DNA of 64,000 bases from Curvularia clavata (Eukaryota): contig CP089274.1 in the NCBI GenBank assembly GCA_023920165.1, positions 1,922,001 through 1,986,000 of the forward strand, written 5' to 3'. Of this stretch, positions 26,601-35,768 are shown in pieces. The notes beneath the pieces are model-generated. The model was not told the origin of the DNA, ran no database searches, and saw only the letters and a list, made by a program, of their open reading frames with translations. Positions within the stretch are counted from its first letter, which is position 1; every line of letters begins with the position of its first letter. Made by a program: the position numbers and the translations under genes.

Positions 26601-27432
26601 CTGTTATAGTCTCCAAGTCGACATCATCGTGATCCTCAGGGAAGTAAGGTGACCACTTGTATTCCTCTTCATCAAAGCAGTATGTCGGCCCTGATTGCAC
26701 ACCCTGATCATAAAGTGTGAGCTCGTGCTGGGCCATGCCGCCTTCGGTATCTTCCTCAATTTGCGGTACCATCGCATTTGAGGGAAGTCTCCGTACCCAG
26801 TAATCTGGACTATCTGGTCTTGAAACACTACCAGGAGGACAAAGATTGATCGTAGTATAAAGGCGCATGTAATCTGCCGAATCTGAACCAGTCGTTCGTT
26901 CGCGTACCAAAATCGCAAGTGATCCAACGCTAAATCGTACACTTGGTAGCAATCGAGCTTTCTCTAGGAGAAGCGATCGTGCGAAAACAGTGTTGTCTTG
27001 CGATTGACCAATAGTAAGATGTAGGGTAGATCGAAGAGGACGTTGTCCTAGAGCTTCCAGGACCATTGTGCGGAGAGACTCAAGAGGTGAATTCAAATCT
27101 GCACTGCTTTCTTCGGTAAGGTAGATGGTGCATCTGTTCTTTTGCATAAAGCACCCAGCTTGGGCTAGTTCCAGGTCAATTGGCTTATCCTGATCTAAAT
27201 GCTCTGCGAAATAATTCTCGATTTGTTGTCGAGCTCGTGGAAGCTGGTCCGGTGGTACGAATGGGTATACGAGATTGACGTGTGCTGGCCATCTTCCGAA
27301 AGCCTTGTCGTAGAGTTCTCGCAACTGGTCTATGTAACCACACTGCGACCTGGGCGGAATGATGCAAAGCGCCGTGTCGTACGAGGCTGTCGCGATTCGA
27401 GTAGGTATCTTCGAGTCGTCCGTAGATTCCAT
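23643..27432 (-). CDS. Multidomain RNA end-processing protein: 2H phosphoesterase + EEP phosphodiesterase + poly(A)-polymerase-like nucleotidyltransferase + MJ1316 domain, 3 exons, ~1227 aa
   Basis: 2H motifs WPAHVNL and LHLTIGQ. EEP motifs SYNV, LQE, GDFN, YDRI, SDHYG. NTase GSYALGVWTADSDIDC plus LMDLQY, PAP-central IKLWAVQRGLYSARFGYFGG. C-terminal LRPASDVLNRLRWD...IGYEDRF...IPQHRILYF...VWERATRIDKVF. Introns 25198..25146 and 24435..24383 give a 3684-nt CDS. Confidence 0.88.
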
Positions 27433-27946
27433 TTTTCAGAAAATCACTAAGGCTGTGAAACGAAATGCTAAATTGAAAGAAATCGTACAAGGGTATTATC
27501 GTTGAAACCAAAAGAAAAGAAGTGGTATTGGTATTGAATCTTAACGACCACGCAGTGATACTTATGCTATACAAAAACGCACCCCTACCCTTCTGAGTCA
27601 AGACCTACAATAGACCCATTTACCAACAGATCACCAATATGACTCCGATAGGACTTGAAACTCAGGTAATGAGGCTGAAGCACAGTGAGCGATAATGACT
27701 CATTTACGCTAACTGAAAGGGGGATCATGCGCCACAATTAACGGGCCGATGTATTCTTTCAGTGCCTACGACCACAATACCATTTCTGGTTGAGGAATAT
27801 AGTAGGTGTGCATACAAGATAGAGAAGACAAGTTGAGGATTGGCGCTCGGGAATTGAACAAGTGTCACTCAGAAAGCGGGGTCGATCGAAGCTGCGGCTC
27901 GCCAAGCCTCATCGAACAGAGCTGCGACACTCTACACACAGCTACT

Positions 27947-28912
27947 ATGGTGGCACTTTTGGATCTACCGAGTGAGATTCTCTTTGAGATTTTGGATCTT
28001 GTGATAGTGCCTATTCATTGGCCGAAGGGGAGCGTACGTTATCGACCGGAGTCGGGAACTACACCCGTATTCCCTCGCTCCCGATATTGCGTCTCTAAAC
28101 TGGAGCTTGTTGGAAGACACCCTGCAGTAGATCTCCTTCTTACGAGTCGAAGGCTTTATACTGCAACCAAAATATACCTCTCGAAGAAGCCACAAACTCT
28201 CGATCTCGATGTTGCGATCGTGGATAATCATTGGATCTGGCCCACATGGCGGACTTTGCCTGTGAGAAAAGACGGTGTCTTCAAAAGAATTGACGTTCAT
28301 TTTATCCATTGTTTTACTGAAGATGAGAGGTACCTGCAGACTGATTGGGACCAAAATTCTGTCTTAGGCATTGGAAGAAGCACGGATGCACACTGGTCCT
28401 CACCCAATGGGTACTTGCACTGGCAATCATTCAATCCGTTGCGCAACCTCGTCGGCAACGAAAATGTGAACGCCTCTGTCACGAACACACTCTCTTATTT
28501 CCTGCAACAGCCATTTTCAGGGGAAATAATGGGATATCCGGTCATCTCGAGGACTGAGACTCTGGCATTCCATATCGACACGAGGAGCTATGGAGACGGA
28601 AACAAACTCTTGAGTGAATCAGAAGTGCCATTACGAAAGATTTGTGGACTCGCTCATCTTGACTTTACAAAGCTCTATTCTGCCAAAGTCGAAAATGCGA
28701 GACTCCTGTTTGAAAGTATACAAGGGTATGTCAAGTTCTGGCTTCGAGAATGGAAGGAGAAGGAAGACCTTTCGCCGAGAATTGGAAGGATATTGTTTGT
28801 CTTTGATGGCATGATAGTGGAGAGTCTGGAGCAGGGCAATACAGAGTGGGTATTGCAGGAGGCTACGAAGGTTAACGGCGATGAGAGAACAACGGACAAC
28901 GTAGCTAGCTAA
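27947..28912 (+). CDS. F-box-like domain protein
   Basis: N-terminal LLDLPSEILFEILDLV F-box-type motif and downstream LLLTSRRLY typical of Pezizomycotina F-box-like proteins; open frame of 321 aa. Confidence 0.65.
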   Translation: MVALLDLPSEILFEILDLVIVPIHWPKGSVRYRPESGTTPVFPRSRYCVSKLELVGRHPAVDLLLTSRRLYTATKIYLSKKPQTLDLDVAIVDNHWIWPTWRTLPVRKDGVFKRIDVHFIHCFTEDERYLQTDWDQNSVLGIGRSTDAHWSSPNGYLHWQSFNPLRNLVGNENVNASVTNTLSYFLQQPFSGEIMGYPVISRTETLAFHIDTRSYGDGNKLLSESEVPLRKICGLAHLDFTKLYSAKVENARLLFESIQGYVKFWLREWKEKEDLSPRIGRILFVFDGMIVESLEQGNTEWVLQEATKVNGDERTTDNVAS

Positions 28913-29250
28913 AGGAAAAAGTAGAAAGTAAAAAAGCATCTTTACCAACAATCCGTGCGACTGGCCTCCAGGGTTTCTAGCTAAGCTATGCTCGATCGTA
29001 GACCAAGAACGCCAACTAGAGAAAGACTTACCAAAGAATAAAAATGTGAAGTCAAACAAACCTTGACAATATTATTGATAAATTAGATTAAATGCCACGT
29101 GAATTATGAAGTAGTATGAAGGCGTGAGATGCGTGTTGTTTCGAGTAAAAGGGTCACGCACCATAGAGGGAAAGAAAAATGAAACCCCTACTAAGAACAG
29201 CATCCCCAGCCAGCAAAGATACCAAAAAGCAAAAAAAGAAAGTTGAAGAA

Positions 29251-29350
29251 CGACAGCGGCAGGATTCGAACCTGCGCGGCCGAAGCCATATGATATCTAG
29301 TTGATGAAGCTCGTTCGAGTCATACCCATTAACCACTCTGGCACGCTGTC
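29251..29350 (-). tRNA. tRNA-Ser(CGA) with a 19-nt canonical intron (29295..29313)
   Basis: Reverse complement GACAGCG TGCCAGAGTGGTTAATGGG TATGA CT CGA A [intron] A TCATA TGGCTTCGGCCGC GCAGG TTCGAAT CCTGC CGCTGTC G. Acceptor stem, long variable arm (GGC-TTCG-GCC), T-loop, G discriminator and a downstream T-rich Pol III terminator are all present. Confidence 0.95.
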
Positions 29351-30250
29351 TTGAGTTGTTCTGATTGATAGAAGTCTGAATATTTATAAACAATATATAA
29401 CGAGCAAAAGTTGCAGACCTCGTCAGCTCGTGCTGCATTGTTAGTGGGTCTGCAACTGCGAAAACCTGTTTGGGTGGGGCTGGGCCCAATTTTGACTGAC
29501 CCCCACCTACTCCCATGTCGTGAGGAACTTTCAACCTACACAGCATGTAATGGAATTGTATTATTACTATCCTACTCCGTAGGCACAGCGACGAATAATA
29601 TAGGACGTGTTTCATCAACCAGATATCATATGGCTTCAGCCGCACAGGTTTCTTTTTGCGTCTGTTGTTCTCCAATCTTCTTTTTGCTTTTCTCGCTAGT
29701 TATAGAGATATGTGATCAGTAGCTTTTCTTACATAGAGCACTGCCTGCTCTTGTAATATTTTATATGTCGACGGCTTTTTTAGTCCAAAATGTTCTTCTA
29801 CTCATGTCACACCTCCCAGAAGGTTACATGTGAACGCGCATGCAATAGGGCTGACATTTCCAGCTGCAAGCGAACGGTTGCATTATAAATCCCAGCCGTG
29901 TAAATAGGCACCGGCATCTGCACATAAGCGCTACTCAATGCCGACCACTACACATGAGGTCGATGATACGCTGCAACCTCGCTAGCCACTCGACATGTTT
30001 ATGCACATGGATTCAAACAACGCCCGTGAAGGCATGCTCCGTGGTAAGGCGTTCAGTTCGCGTGACTTCTTTCTCTCCTCTTTCTCTCAACATAAGAGTC
30101 AGATTCTTGGACTACGTAGCTCAACATCTTGTGAAACAAAGTCACTACGATAAGGATTGGATACAAAGACCTACCTCTATATTTCTACGCAATTTTCCCC
30201 CCTCTCTCTTAACTGTATATTTTCCCCTCTCAACCATTGCATGTTTCGCG

Positions 30251-31873
30251 ATGTCCTCCTTCAACACTAGACAGCCATCTGCACCAAGGCACATACCAAC
30301 AGATAGTGTCATACCACTGCATAGGCAGGATGATACCTTTCAGAACCGCAATCTCTCAGTAGAATTCACTATGCGCTTCGACGATGTTCTGGATGCGCAA
30401 CAGCTTGCCGATTCGCTTTGGAAACTGCTAGAGAAGCCCGGCTGGAGGAAGCTGGGAGCACGCTTGCGCCTAAACAAATCCACCGACCGACTCGAATACC
30501 ACATCCCTACCCAGTATACAAAGGAACGCCCGCCAATCAATTTCACGCAAAATTCGTATGACATGAGACTGGAAGAACACCATATCGGGCGCAGATTTCC
30601 AAAAGTCGACGATGGTGATCGCATACAAGCTTTTGATGTTCTAGATTCATTGCATGAGCTTACCCAGACGGAAAACAGTACAGCTGTGCTTGCTGATTGG
30701 ATCTACAGCGACAAAGCACAGCTAGGACTCCACATAGTGAATTTTCAAGATGCCACATTGGTTACGTTGACATGGCTGCACGCACTGCTGGATGGCATGG
30801 GACGCCGAGCGCTCTTGAATGCATGGGTAGCGGTGCTAGAGGGACGTGATGACGACGTACCAGAGTTCTGGGGTTACGACTTCGATCCCTTGGAAGACCT
30901 TGGAGCGCCTTTGAAAGATGATGCCAGGTCGATTGAGAACAGTCCTGCATCAAAAGAGAAGCAGCATCGGTTCTGGATGGCGACGCAAGGCATCAAGACA
31001 TGGCTGTTAAGGCTGCTGAGCTTCAAGTCTGCTTTCGCCTACCTTTACTCTCGTATCTTCGGATCTTCTCAAATAAATGGCGGCCGTATGATCTACATGC
31101 CTCCATCCTACATGACCCGACTACGCACTGAAGCGATGCGCGATCTTGCCTCACTCGATTCTTCACAAATAACCTACAACACCTCGAGTCCTGCCAACCC
31201 AAAACCCTTCCTCTCCGATGGTGACATAATCTCCGCATGGCTGGTCCAGCGCCTCGCAGTTTCAGACCTCAAGCTCTTAAAAAGTCCTCCAAGTCGTCCA
31301 GTCCAAATCATCAACGTCTTGGGGATGAGGGATATACTATCTACAGCAACAGCAAAGTACAAGGTGCTGATTCCAAAGGACAAAGCCTACATTGGGAACT
31401 GCACTGCAGGAATCATCACTCAACTAGGTCTGAAGCAATTTCTCGATCTGCCACTCGGCCACCTAGCTGCACGATTGCGCAAAGACCTTGTTGAGCAGGG
31501 GACGAGGGACGTCGTTGAAGAGCGGCAACGCGCCAATCGCACCAGTCAGCAAACTAGCGCGTCGCCGCCAAATGCGTCAATGGCACCGGCGAGGTTCGTT
31601 ATATCCAACTGGGCGAAGGGAAAGTTTTTTGAAACGGATTTCTCGGCTGCCATTGTGCCTGGTAAAGGCCCCTCAACCAACAGCCGAGTAGCTAGGGGTA
31701 AGCCAACATATATCCATGCCTACGCGACGGATGCACGTGTAAACAGTAATGAAGCAGTATTGGGAAGTATCGGGAATTGCGTTGGCAAGGATGCGAGAGG
31801 TGGTTATTGGATTGGCGGGCTGCTTGCAAAGGCCTATGAGCAGGCATTTGAAGTTGCTGTGTTGGGAGGCTGA
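30251..31873 (+). CDS. CoA-dependent acyltransferase (BAHD/transferase, TRI101-like fold), single exon
   Basis: HxxxD motif LTWLHALLDG, GWRKLGARLR, FLSDGDIISAW, C-terminal SNW..FFETDFS. First plausible ATG at 30251. Confidence 0.75.
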   Translation: MSSFNTRQPSAPRHIPTDSVIPLHRQDDTFQNRNLSVEFTMRFDDVLDAQQLADSLWKLLEKPGWRKLGARLRLNKSTDRLEYHIPTQYTKERPPINFTQNSYDMRLEEHHIGRRFPKVDDGDRIQAFDVLDSLHELTQTENSTAVLADWIYSDKAQLGLHIVNFQDATLVTLTWLHALLDGMGRRALLNAWVAVLEGRDDDVPEFWGYDFDPLEDLGAPLKDDARSIENSPASKEKQHRFWMATQGIKTWLLRLLSFKSAFAYLYSRIFGSSQINGGRMIYMPPSYMTRLRTEAMRDLASLDSSQITYNTSSPANPKPFLSDGDIISAWLVQRLAVSDLKLLKSPPSRPVQIINVLGMRDILSTATAKYKVLIPKDKAYIGNCTAGIITQLGLKQFLDLPLGHLAARLRKDLVEQGTRDVVEERQRANRTSQQTSASPPNASMAPARFVISNWAKGKFFETDFSAAIVPGKGPSTNSRVARGKPTYIHAYATDARVNSNEAVLGSIGNCVGKDARGGYWIGGLLAKAYEQAFEVAVLGG

Positions 31874-32094
31874 AGGAGTTCCATTTAGCTGCTTAATTTG
31901 TGAGGTATATGTACGTCCATACTAGTTTTCCCTTGTCGATATACTGTCTTTTGTACATTCTTGAATTCTAAGAGAACGAAGAAAAGCTGGTTTGTACGAA
32001 CATACTACCAAAACATCTCTCCCGCAACCCTCACACGCATATCGATATCTCGCCTTTCCTTTCTCAACCTCAGAATTCTCAAGAAAAACTAACT

Positions 32095-32418
32095 TCACTG
32101 CCAAAACTTTTCCACGTCTTCAATCCTCAAACATTCTTGTTCCGGCATCTCGCTTGGCGTTGGCGCTTGACTTGAATCCGACTTGGGCATGTCTGAAGCG
32201 TCTATGCCCCAGCGCGTAAGCTCCTCCTGGCTCTCTGTCCACTCTTCGTCATTGCATGGAGGAGTTGAGACTACGGGCTTTTCAAGGTGCGGTTGTGCCG
32301 CTTGCGCTTGACGATACTCGGTTTGCGAGTAGAGTATATGACGTTGTGCGCGGCAATGGCCAATGGTGTGGTCGTGTTGGTTTGTTGTAACAGCTACGAG
32401 TTCGGTAGCAGCTGTCAT
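32095..32418 (-). CDS. Small acidic hypothetical protein (~107 aa)
   Basis: ATG-initiated ORF with a TATAAAA box on the minus strand at ~32563-32569 and a (CATA)n tract in the putative 5' UTR; no recognisable domain. Confidence 0.4.
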   Translation of the reverse strand: MTAATELVAVTTNQHDHTIGHCRAQRHILYSQTEYRQAQAAQPHLEKPVVSTPPCNDEEWTESQEELTRWGIDASDMPKSDSSQAPTPSEMPEQECLRIEDVEKFWQ

Positions 32419-32477
32419 GATTGTCGATTGAGTTATTGTTGGGACTTGTATGTGTAGCTGTGATCCCACTTGAGGTC

Positions 32478-32505
32478 TGTATGTATGTATGTATGTATGT
32501 ATGTA
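32478..32505. repeat. (TATG)n tetranucleotide microsatellite
   Basis: tgtatgtatgtatgtatgtatgtatgta read directly. Confidence 0.9.
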
Positions 32506-32942
32506 ATGTAGTCGTATGAATTGCTTTGCTGCGATGGTTAGATGTAAGTGTGGTGCCCTAGGTTTTATACGGAGAGTTTATTAATAAGTCATGCAATCAT
32601 GAAGTGTTGATAGCAATCTTCAGAAGAATAGGGTGACTTTGGAAAGAACACGGTGTGTGTGGCGTTGTTCGATTGCATTGCATAAGCTAACTTGGTGATG
32701 GTGGTGAGACCAGGAAAGTGGCGCCACTTCAGCTGTGAGCGGCCGGTTCCTACGGCGATAACGCTGCTAATACGATTTGCGAATACAAACACGAAAATGC
32801 TACACGACAATTAAAATGAGAGAACACGAACCAGAATCGCGTTATACGGTGCAAGACTATGGGTATCCTGAATACAAAGTAGCTCAAAAGCGGAATGCGA
32901 AGAAATAAAAGTCAAGGAAAGTGGCTCAAGGAAGTTGCGGCA

Positions 32943-34482
32943 TCACGAATCTGAATCGATGCGCGAAGATTCCGAGATGGGCGGTGAGGGAGGATGCGAT
33001 GGATCGAGATAAGATTTCTTCGCATGAGGTAACTCGTCTGCGGCTGCTTCGGTGCGTGTGCGCTTCCCCAGCGCGTTGGCTGATTCGACGTTGATACGTG
33101 GTAGCGTGACTTGGTCGACCGGTTGCTGTGACTTTTGCTGCGCCAGTCGCTCTTCTTTTCTTCTAAGGACAGCCTTTCTCCATTGTGCCAACACACGCAT
33201 GATAGAAGCAATGTGCTCGAAATGTGATACGGGTGGCGCAGACTCCATTTCCACCCACTCAATTTTCCTTAGGCCCATTAGTGCCTTGTTGGCAAACGCC
33301 TTGGAAAGGGCCTTGGTCATGAACTCTATCTGCTGCTGGTTCAAGGTCGGATCTCGGAGGCCAAAACGGAGAGTCAAGTAACCCTTTGGCTTGGACCGCC
33401 AACCGGGAGGGTATAAAGCGTGGGCTTTGGCGGGTTTTAGAGGCGCCAAAAATATATGTTGCTCGCTGTGATGGGCACTTTTGCCACGAGACCATATCTG
33501 CGACGGTGTATCTTTACGTCTGGGATCCATGTTGATGCGTTGATACAGGCGAAAGGTGGATATAGGCCCCTCAGCGTCTTCATTCAGAAGTTCCTTAAGA
33601 GCATCAATGAGGGCACGAGTATAAGAGTTCTTGCCCGGGGCTTCGGTTGTCTGGTCGATTGCACATGCACTGAGGAGTTCAAATCGTTTATGCCCATCCC
33701 TGCCAGACTTGACAAAGTTGCTCGAGTAGCATGTGTCTAGAATGGTCAGGACGTCGCCCTCAACGTCCTCATGCCTGAGCAGGTCTTCTGCCTTGTTCCA
33801 AGTTGCGCGTGCATTCTTGCGAAGTCCTCTGTCTTGCAGCAAGGCGTTGTTACGGAGGCTTCCTGTGAGCTCGAGGCACTTCTTCTCGTCGTTGAAGACG
33901 CCGTGGCCGGTGTAGTATACGATAAGGAGATTGTCTGGCCCGTCGTTGTTGCAGATAAAGTCGCTGACGTAGCTATCGAGCTGGTGCTGGGGCTTCTTTC
34001 CGACGTTGAGTTCGACGATGCTGGTGCTGTAGTTGAAGCTCTCGCTGAACAGGGCCTCGAGCTCTCGGGCCTGTGTTTGGTCAGATCAGACCCTTGACAT
34101 TCCCCCAGCACTCCCGTCCACATGGACATACCTCGTCACCAGTTTTCAGCTCGTCGAGTTGATCCGCCCACTTGATGATCAGCACAGCCACATGGGAGTA
34201 TCCCTCTGGCAGATCCATATTCCGTGCAATCGCCTCGGCCCACCAGTTCTGCATCTCTGCAGCCTTCTCCTGGTAGTTGACCTCTGTCGCGCTCGGCTTG
34301 CTTGCGACGACGCGCCCCTCGCTCTGCGGAACCGATCCATTTTGCGTCGGCTCTTCGTCAATCGACTGTATTCGTATGTCGGCGTGGATGACTTTGTTTG
34401 GATATGGGTTCACGACGCGAGGCGCAATCTCGGCCGCCATTGTGTTCACGACGTGTACGCTTGTGTCTGAGGAGAGAGCCAT
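32943..34482 (-). CDS. Caspase-like (clan CD, peptidase C14-like) protease-domain protein, 2 exons, ~492 aa
   Basis: Spliced product (intron 34131..34071, GTATGT...CTGAC...ACAG) reads YSHVAVLIIKW...ELEALFSESFNY...LLIVYYTGHG (His codon 33903-33905)...DVLTILDTCYSS (Cys codon 33729-33731)...FELLSAC...SYTRALI. Hydrophobic strands precede the GHG and DxC motifs, as in the caspase fold. Confidence 0.8.
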
Positions 34483-35035
34483 GAATCAAGAAAACGGCGG
34501 GGTTGCTGCACAGCGGGAGGTTTGCAGCAACCGGCCATAATGAAGAAAGCGTTCACTACTTTCAGCCCCCATATTGGACGGAATATGCAACACGACTCAG
34601 AGCGGGGAGATGGCAGATGCGAGCGCCAGCCCGCCAATCAGCGCGTCTAGAAATTCCATTGGGGGCCAAAAGCTGAGCCTCCACTATCCGTTTTGGACGC
34701 TCGTCTTACCGGGATTGTCTGATGCCATATGCGAACGCTGCTCATGGCAAACGGTAGATGACCATGTTGGCTTGCTCGACTGGAGCGGGCTTGCAGAGGA
34801 TGCGCCAATGCGTGGTATCGCTGGTATCGATGCAGCAAATGTTGCGGCTGTACAAGCATATGGGCCCCTATCTGTCATCAATCATGCCGCCCACCCAGCC
34901 TGTGTTGCCTGGGGCTGCAAGCCGCGCTTTTGAGAGGCCAGCAACAAGGACTTGTATAATAGCAGCTATCTTTGCTCTTCCTTGAGGGCATTCTCCACAA
35001 GGCTATCTGCCTCACTTCTCACACCCACCCAGACC

Positions 35036-35447
35036 ATGGCAACCACCACATTTGACAGCCAGCACATGCAAGCTGCTGAGAACATTCCCGCAGTCATGGC
35101 TGACGATCAGCCACACGAGGAGTATCTAGCCTCACTACCCGACGACACAATCCCAGACACCAAATCCGGCGTGCGCGTGGATCCCGGCGCCGCAATGGTA
35201 AGCCCAGAACTCTCGATTACACATGCGATACAGTCTCACAATGCCTTAGGCAAGCGCGCGCTTCAAGAAGGGTGATGTTGTTCAGAAGCCAATCTTTGTC
35301 AACGGTATGCGAACCAAGGGCGTCTTCACCATCTACGACCGCAGACTCAATCCTGCGGGCTATGTCGAGTACCGGCTTAAGAATTTCTACGACCTCAAGG
35401 TCGAAAGCGGTTGGACTCGCGAGAAGGAACTGAAGCCTGGGAGCTGA
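35036..35447 (+). CDS. Small spliced protein (119 aa): acidic N-terminus plus predicted SH3/Tudor-like beta-barrel
   Basis: Exon 35036..35197, intron 35198..35249 (GTAAGC...CTCAC...TTAG), exon 35250..35447 encoding ASARFKKGDVVQKPIFVNGMRTKGVFTIYDRRLNPAGYVEYRLKNFYDLKVESGWTREKELKPGS*. Phase-0 junction, C/G-ending codon bias. The spliced form is missing from the ORF track. Confidence 0.7.
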
Positions 35448-35768
35448 GCGCGGGTACAGCGTCATATGTGGCTGAGTTCACCGGAAAGTTGCAAGGCGGT
35501 AGCTGAAATGACTGTGTGCAACCAATTGTGCATTGGGGCGTCCGAGGCGTTGGGGGCTGAGCTTTATTGAGGGGGCAATGACCCCGGTTGCCATCTCATG
35601 TCTGATGGCTCTGCAATTCTACAAACACAGCTATTCCGCCACACTTCGTTTAGCCACACTTCATTCTTAATGTCCATCTGAACATTTTCTGTTTCTGCGC
35701 AAAACTTTTTTCATCATCTCCGTCGCATTCTCACTTACGCACGAGGCGCGCTCCCTTTGAGACTCGCC

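Noticed and set aside
29154..29722. ORFs overlapping the tRNA
   Set aside because: Non-ATG or low-complexity frames explained by the tRNA gene and its AT-rich flanks.
29954..30250. Upstream 99-codon extension of the acyltransferase ORF
   Set aside because: Pyrimidine-rich UTR-like sequence; family-like sequence begins only after the ATG at 30251.
33771..34470. Plus-strand ORFs 33771..34097 and 34033..34470
   Set aside because: They are antisense shadows of the caspase-like gene, whose spliced minus-strand frame carries the catalytic motifs.
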